Source of the DNA: Candidatus Eiseniibacteriota bacterium
Lineage (GTDB): Bacteria > Arandabacterota > Arandabacteria > Arandabacterales > Arandabacteraceae
Direction of reading: 5' to 3'
NCBI GenBank assembly: GCA_043810925.1
Contig: JBDRNT010000069.1
Coordinates: 1-64,000, forward strand
Length of the DNA stretch: 64,000 bases
The notes beneath the pieces were generated by a model. It made no database searches. It saw only the letters and a program-made list of their open reading frames with translations, and was not told the DNA's origin. Shown in pieces: positions 61,772 through 64,000 of this stretch (position 1 is the first letter of the stretch; each line of letters starts with the position of its first letter). Both the position numbers and the translations under genes were made by a program.

Positions 61772-62194
61772 CTACATACCGGTCGTCAGTTGGAGCGTGA
61801 GCATTGCCGACTTGCCGTAACCTTTGATAACGTAGTCTGTAGTATTAGCCGGATTGGCTCCGAACACACCCTGCGAAGCGGGATCAGCATCAAACGTTGC
61901 CACTGTCGCAGCGCCCGTGAACGGATTGTCCGGATATGCAGCGTCCGGACAAAGATCCTCGATCGTATCCCCGCCGGGAGTCGTCGAGATCGCAGCGTCA
62001 GGATAAACACCGTCGCTCTGAACGGCGAAATCCTCAAACGCCAGCTGGAAAGTGTGCATGTTTGACTTGACGCTGGCCTCTTTCGCCCTATCTTGCATGC
62101 TTATGAAGTTGGGAATCGCTATCGCCGCCAGAATACCGATAATGACGACAACGATCATCAGCTCAATCAGAGTAAAACCCTTCTGGTTGAACAT
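61772..62194 (-). CDS. pilA: Major type IVa pilin
   Basis: MFNQKG|FTLIELMIVVVIIGILAAIAIPNF; own sigma54 promoter and terminator. Confidence 0.92.
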   Translation of the reverse strand: MFNQKGFTLIELMIVVVIIGILAAIAIPNFISMQDRAKEASVKSNMHTFQLAFEDFAVQSDGVYPDAAISTTPGGDTIEDLCPDAAYPDNPFTGAATVATFDADPASQGVFGANPANTTDYVIKGYGKSAMLTLQLTTGM

Positions 62195-62255
62195 TGTCTC
62201 TCACCTCCTTCGCTCAGGCTCAACGAGCCTTAATTGGACTCAACCTCGTCTATAT

Positions 62256-62271
62256 AGCAATGTCCGTACCA
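62256..62271 (-). promoter_or_regulatory. Sigma54 promoter for pilA
   Basis: Minus strand TGGTAC-GGACA-TTGCT. Confidence 0.8.
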
Positions 62272-62381
62272 GAAACCGAGAGTCGGCAAGTTTCTCGAAG
62301 CCCTTGAAGTTACAGCACTTCGAGCCACGGTCCCCGGCAACAAGGACACACCACATCCCATCCGTATTGCATATCGCAACG

Positions 62382-63779
62382 CTACGAGTTGTCTTTTGCA
62401 CTCTCAACCTGCTCACCTATGGTCTTGTCACAGTCGTACCGCTGGAGTTTGCGGTACAGAGTTGACGCGTTTATGCCCAAAATGTCCGCCGCCCTTTTCT
62501 TCCGCCAGCCCGTTTCCTCCAGTATCTTGAGGAGGTACTCCTTTTCGAGTTCTTCAAGCGTGAGCGTGCTGGTGGCAACTACCGAACCCCTTTTCCCGCT
62601 GGTCACGTATCTCAGCTTCTCCGGAATGTCCGTCGGAGTTATGGCATTGCCGTCCTGCAAGATCAACGCTCTCTCAAGAACGTTTTCAAGCTCGCGCACG
62701 TTGCCGGGCCAGTCGTACCTGAGAAGAACCTCAAAGGCATCCGGCGACACCGTCTTCATGGTCCTATCGGTCGCCTCGCAATAGGTATTGAGGAAATGTT
62801 CCACAAGCAGAGGGATATCGTCTTTTCTTTCCCGCAAAGGAGGAATGTGTATCGGTATCACGTTAAGCCTGTAGAAAAGGTCCGCTCTGAACTTGCCCGT
62901 CTCGACATCCTGCTCGAGATCGGAGTTGGTCGCCGCTATAAGCCGGACATCAACCTTGATCGGTTTGATCCCGCCGACGGGTATGATCTCGCGCTCCTGC
63001 AAAACGCGGAGCAGCTTCACCTGGATGGCGGGTGAGGTCTCTCCCACCTCGTCGAGGAAGAAGGTCCCCCCTTTGGCCACTGCAAACAGACCTTCCTTGT
63101 CGCGCACGGCGCCAGTGAACGATCCCCTTACGTGGCCGAAGAGCTCGCTCTCCAGCAATGTCTCCGGCAGTGCGCCGCAGTTTATGGAGACGAATTGGCC
63201 GTCTACCCTGTTGCTCTTATAGTGGATTTCCCGTGCTATCAGCTCTTTTCCGGTTCCGCTTTCTCCTGAGATCAGAATGGTCGAATCGCTTACCGCCACC
63301 TTGTCTACAAGACCCAGGACCTGCCTAATCTTCTCACTCTTGCCTATGATCGGTCTCTGCGTGAGACTCTTCTTCAGCTCCTGCTTGAGATACCGGTTTT
63401 CCTTCTTGAGCGACCGCACCTCTATGGCCTTTTTCACCATCTGTTTGATTTCTTCGTTTCTGGCCTGCTTGAGGAGATAGGCGAACGCCCCCTTGTTCAC
63501 GGCTTCGATTGCGGTCTCCATCGAAGCGTGCCCCGTCATGATGATCACGGGCACCTGGGGATCGATTTCCTTGATGGCCGTAAGGACTTCAATGCCGTTC
63601 ATGCCGGGCATCTTCACGTCTGTAATCACTACGTGGAAGCTTTCCTCCTTGAATCTCTCAATCGCATCCTTGCCGCATTCACACGCCGCAACCTCGTAGC
63701 GTTCTTTCCCCAAGAGGATCTTGAGAAATTCTCTCATTCCCTCTTCGTCTTCAACCACGAGTACTCTTTCATGCCCCAT
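62382..63779 (-). CDS. pilR: Sigma54-dependent response regulator (NtrC family), PilR-like
   Basis: REC domain; GESGTGKE; ESELFGH..GSFTGA; WPGNVREL; Fis-type HTH; directly upstream of pilA. Confidence 0.88.
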   Translation of the reverse strand: MGHERVLVVEDEEGMREFLKILLGKERYEVAACECGKDAIERFKEESFHVVITDVKMPGMNGIEVLTAIKEIDPQVPVIIMTGHASMETAIEAVNKGAFAYLLKQARNEEIKQMVKKAIEVRSLKKENRYLKQELKKSLTQRPIIGKSEKIRQVLGLVDKVAVSDSTILISGESGTGKELIAREIHYKSNRVDGQFVSINCGALPETLLESELFGHVRGSFTGAVRDKEGLFAVAKGGTFFLDEVGETSPAIQVKLLRVLQEREIIPVGGIKPIKVDVRLIAATNSDLEQDVETGKFRADLFYRLNVIPIHIPPLRERKDDIPLLVEHFLNTYCEATDRTMKTVSPDAFEVLLRYDWPGNVRELENVLERALILQDGNAITPTDIPEKLRYVTSGKRGSVVATSTLTLEELEKEYLLKILEETGWRKKRAADILGINASTLYRKLQRYDCDKTIGEQVESAKDNS

Positions 63780-63785
63780 ACGAGA

Positions 63786-64000
63786 TCACTCCACTCTGGT
63801 TATTGAGGTCCCGGCAAGTCTGTCTGAAGACGCCGCTCTCGCGGAGCCATGCTCAACTGTCATTTTATCCAGAGGCAGGCATACGGTGGCAACCGTGCCG
63901 ACGCCTCTCGTGCTCTCTATCTCAAGTCTGCCGCCATGGTCCTCGACGATCTTGGCAGCGATTGCAAGACCCAATCCCGTACCACTGTCTTTGCTTGTGT
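63786..64000 (-). CDS. C-terminus of a sensor histidine kinase, PilS-like (partial)
   Basis: [25 protein letters not shown]2 box; upstream of pilR. Confidence 0.8.
   Translation of the reverse strand, partial: TSKDSGTGLGLAIAAKIVEDHGGRLEIESTRGVGTVATVCLPLDKMTVEHGSARAASSDRLAGTSITRVE

Noticed and set aside
61772..62194. Conductive e-pilin (N-terminus resembles Geobacter PilA)
   Set aside because: It is a full-length 134-aa mature pilin with about 9% aromatic residues and lacks Tyr27/Tyr32. No cytochromes are in the window, and N-terminal similarity is generic to type IVa pilins.

Overview
This 64 kb window is chromosomal DNA from a diderm, probably anaerobic, peptide-degrading bacterium. A lipid A acyltransferase, ADP-heptose genes and a protease with a FlgD/T9SS-like C-terminal domain suggest an FCB-related candidate lineage, but that assignment is inference. 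From left to right it holds the left end of a probable IS256-family element; tfoX-like and nucleoside-deoxyribosyltransferase-like genes; an uncharacterised four-gene membrane cluster (FN3+DUF6754-like gene first) followed by a SAM hydrolase and a radical SAM gene; a divergent AbfD-like flavo-Fe-S enzyme; and asnA, an adenosine-kinase-like gene, M42 and M3B peptidases, an MFS transporter, mdh and era. A 22 kb minus-strand housekeeping run follows: hldA, hldC, an FAD oxidoreductase, an ArcE-like P-loop protein, sucCD, a histone H1-like gene, ndk, nfnAB, yceD, rpmF, plsX, fabHDG, acpP, fabF, rnc, pfk, fba, gap, pgk, tpiA, secG and tRNA-Leu. Next come an M6 protease and the rsmD-coaD-pta-glcD-obgE-dprA-DUF362-lpxL operon. 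The window ends in a sigma54-controlled type IVa pilus locus (pilS, pilR, pilA, pilH, pilI, pilG-like, a PAS pseudokinase, pilMNOPQ) extended by a 1031-aa Ig-repeat lipoprotein and a beta-barrel. The best candidates for undescribed systems are the four-gene membrane complex, the secretin-linked Ig-repeat/barrel pair, the ArcE-like gene coupled to sucCD, and the remodelled AbfD homologue. All family calls come from motif recognition; no database searches were run.
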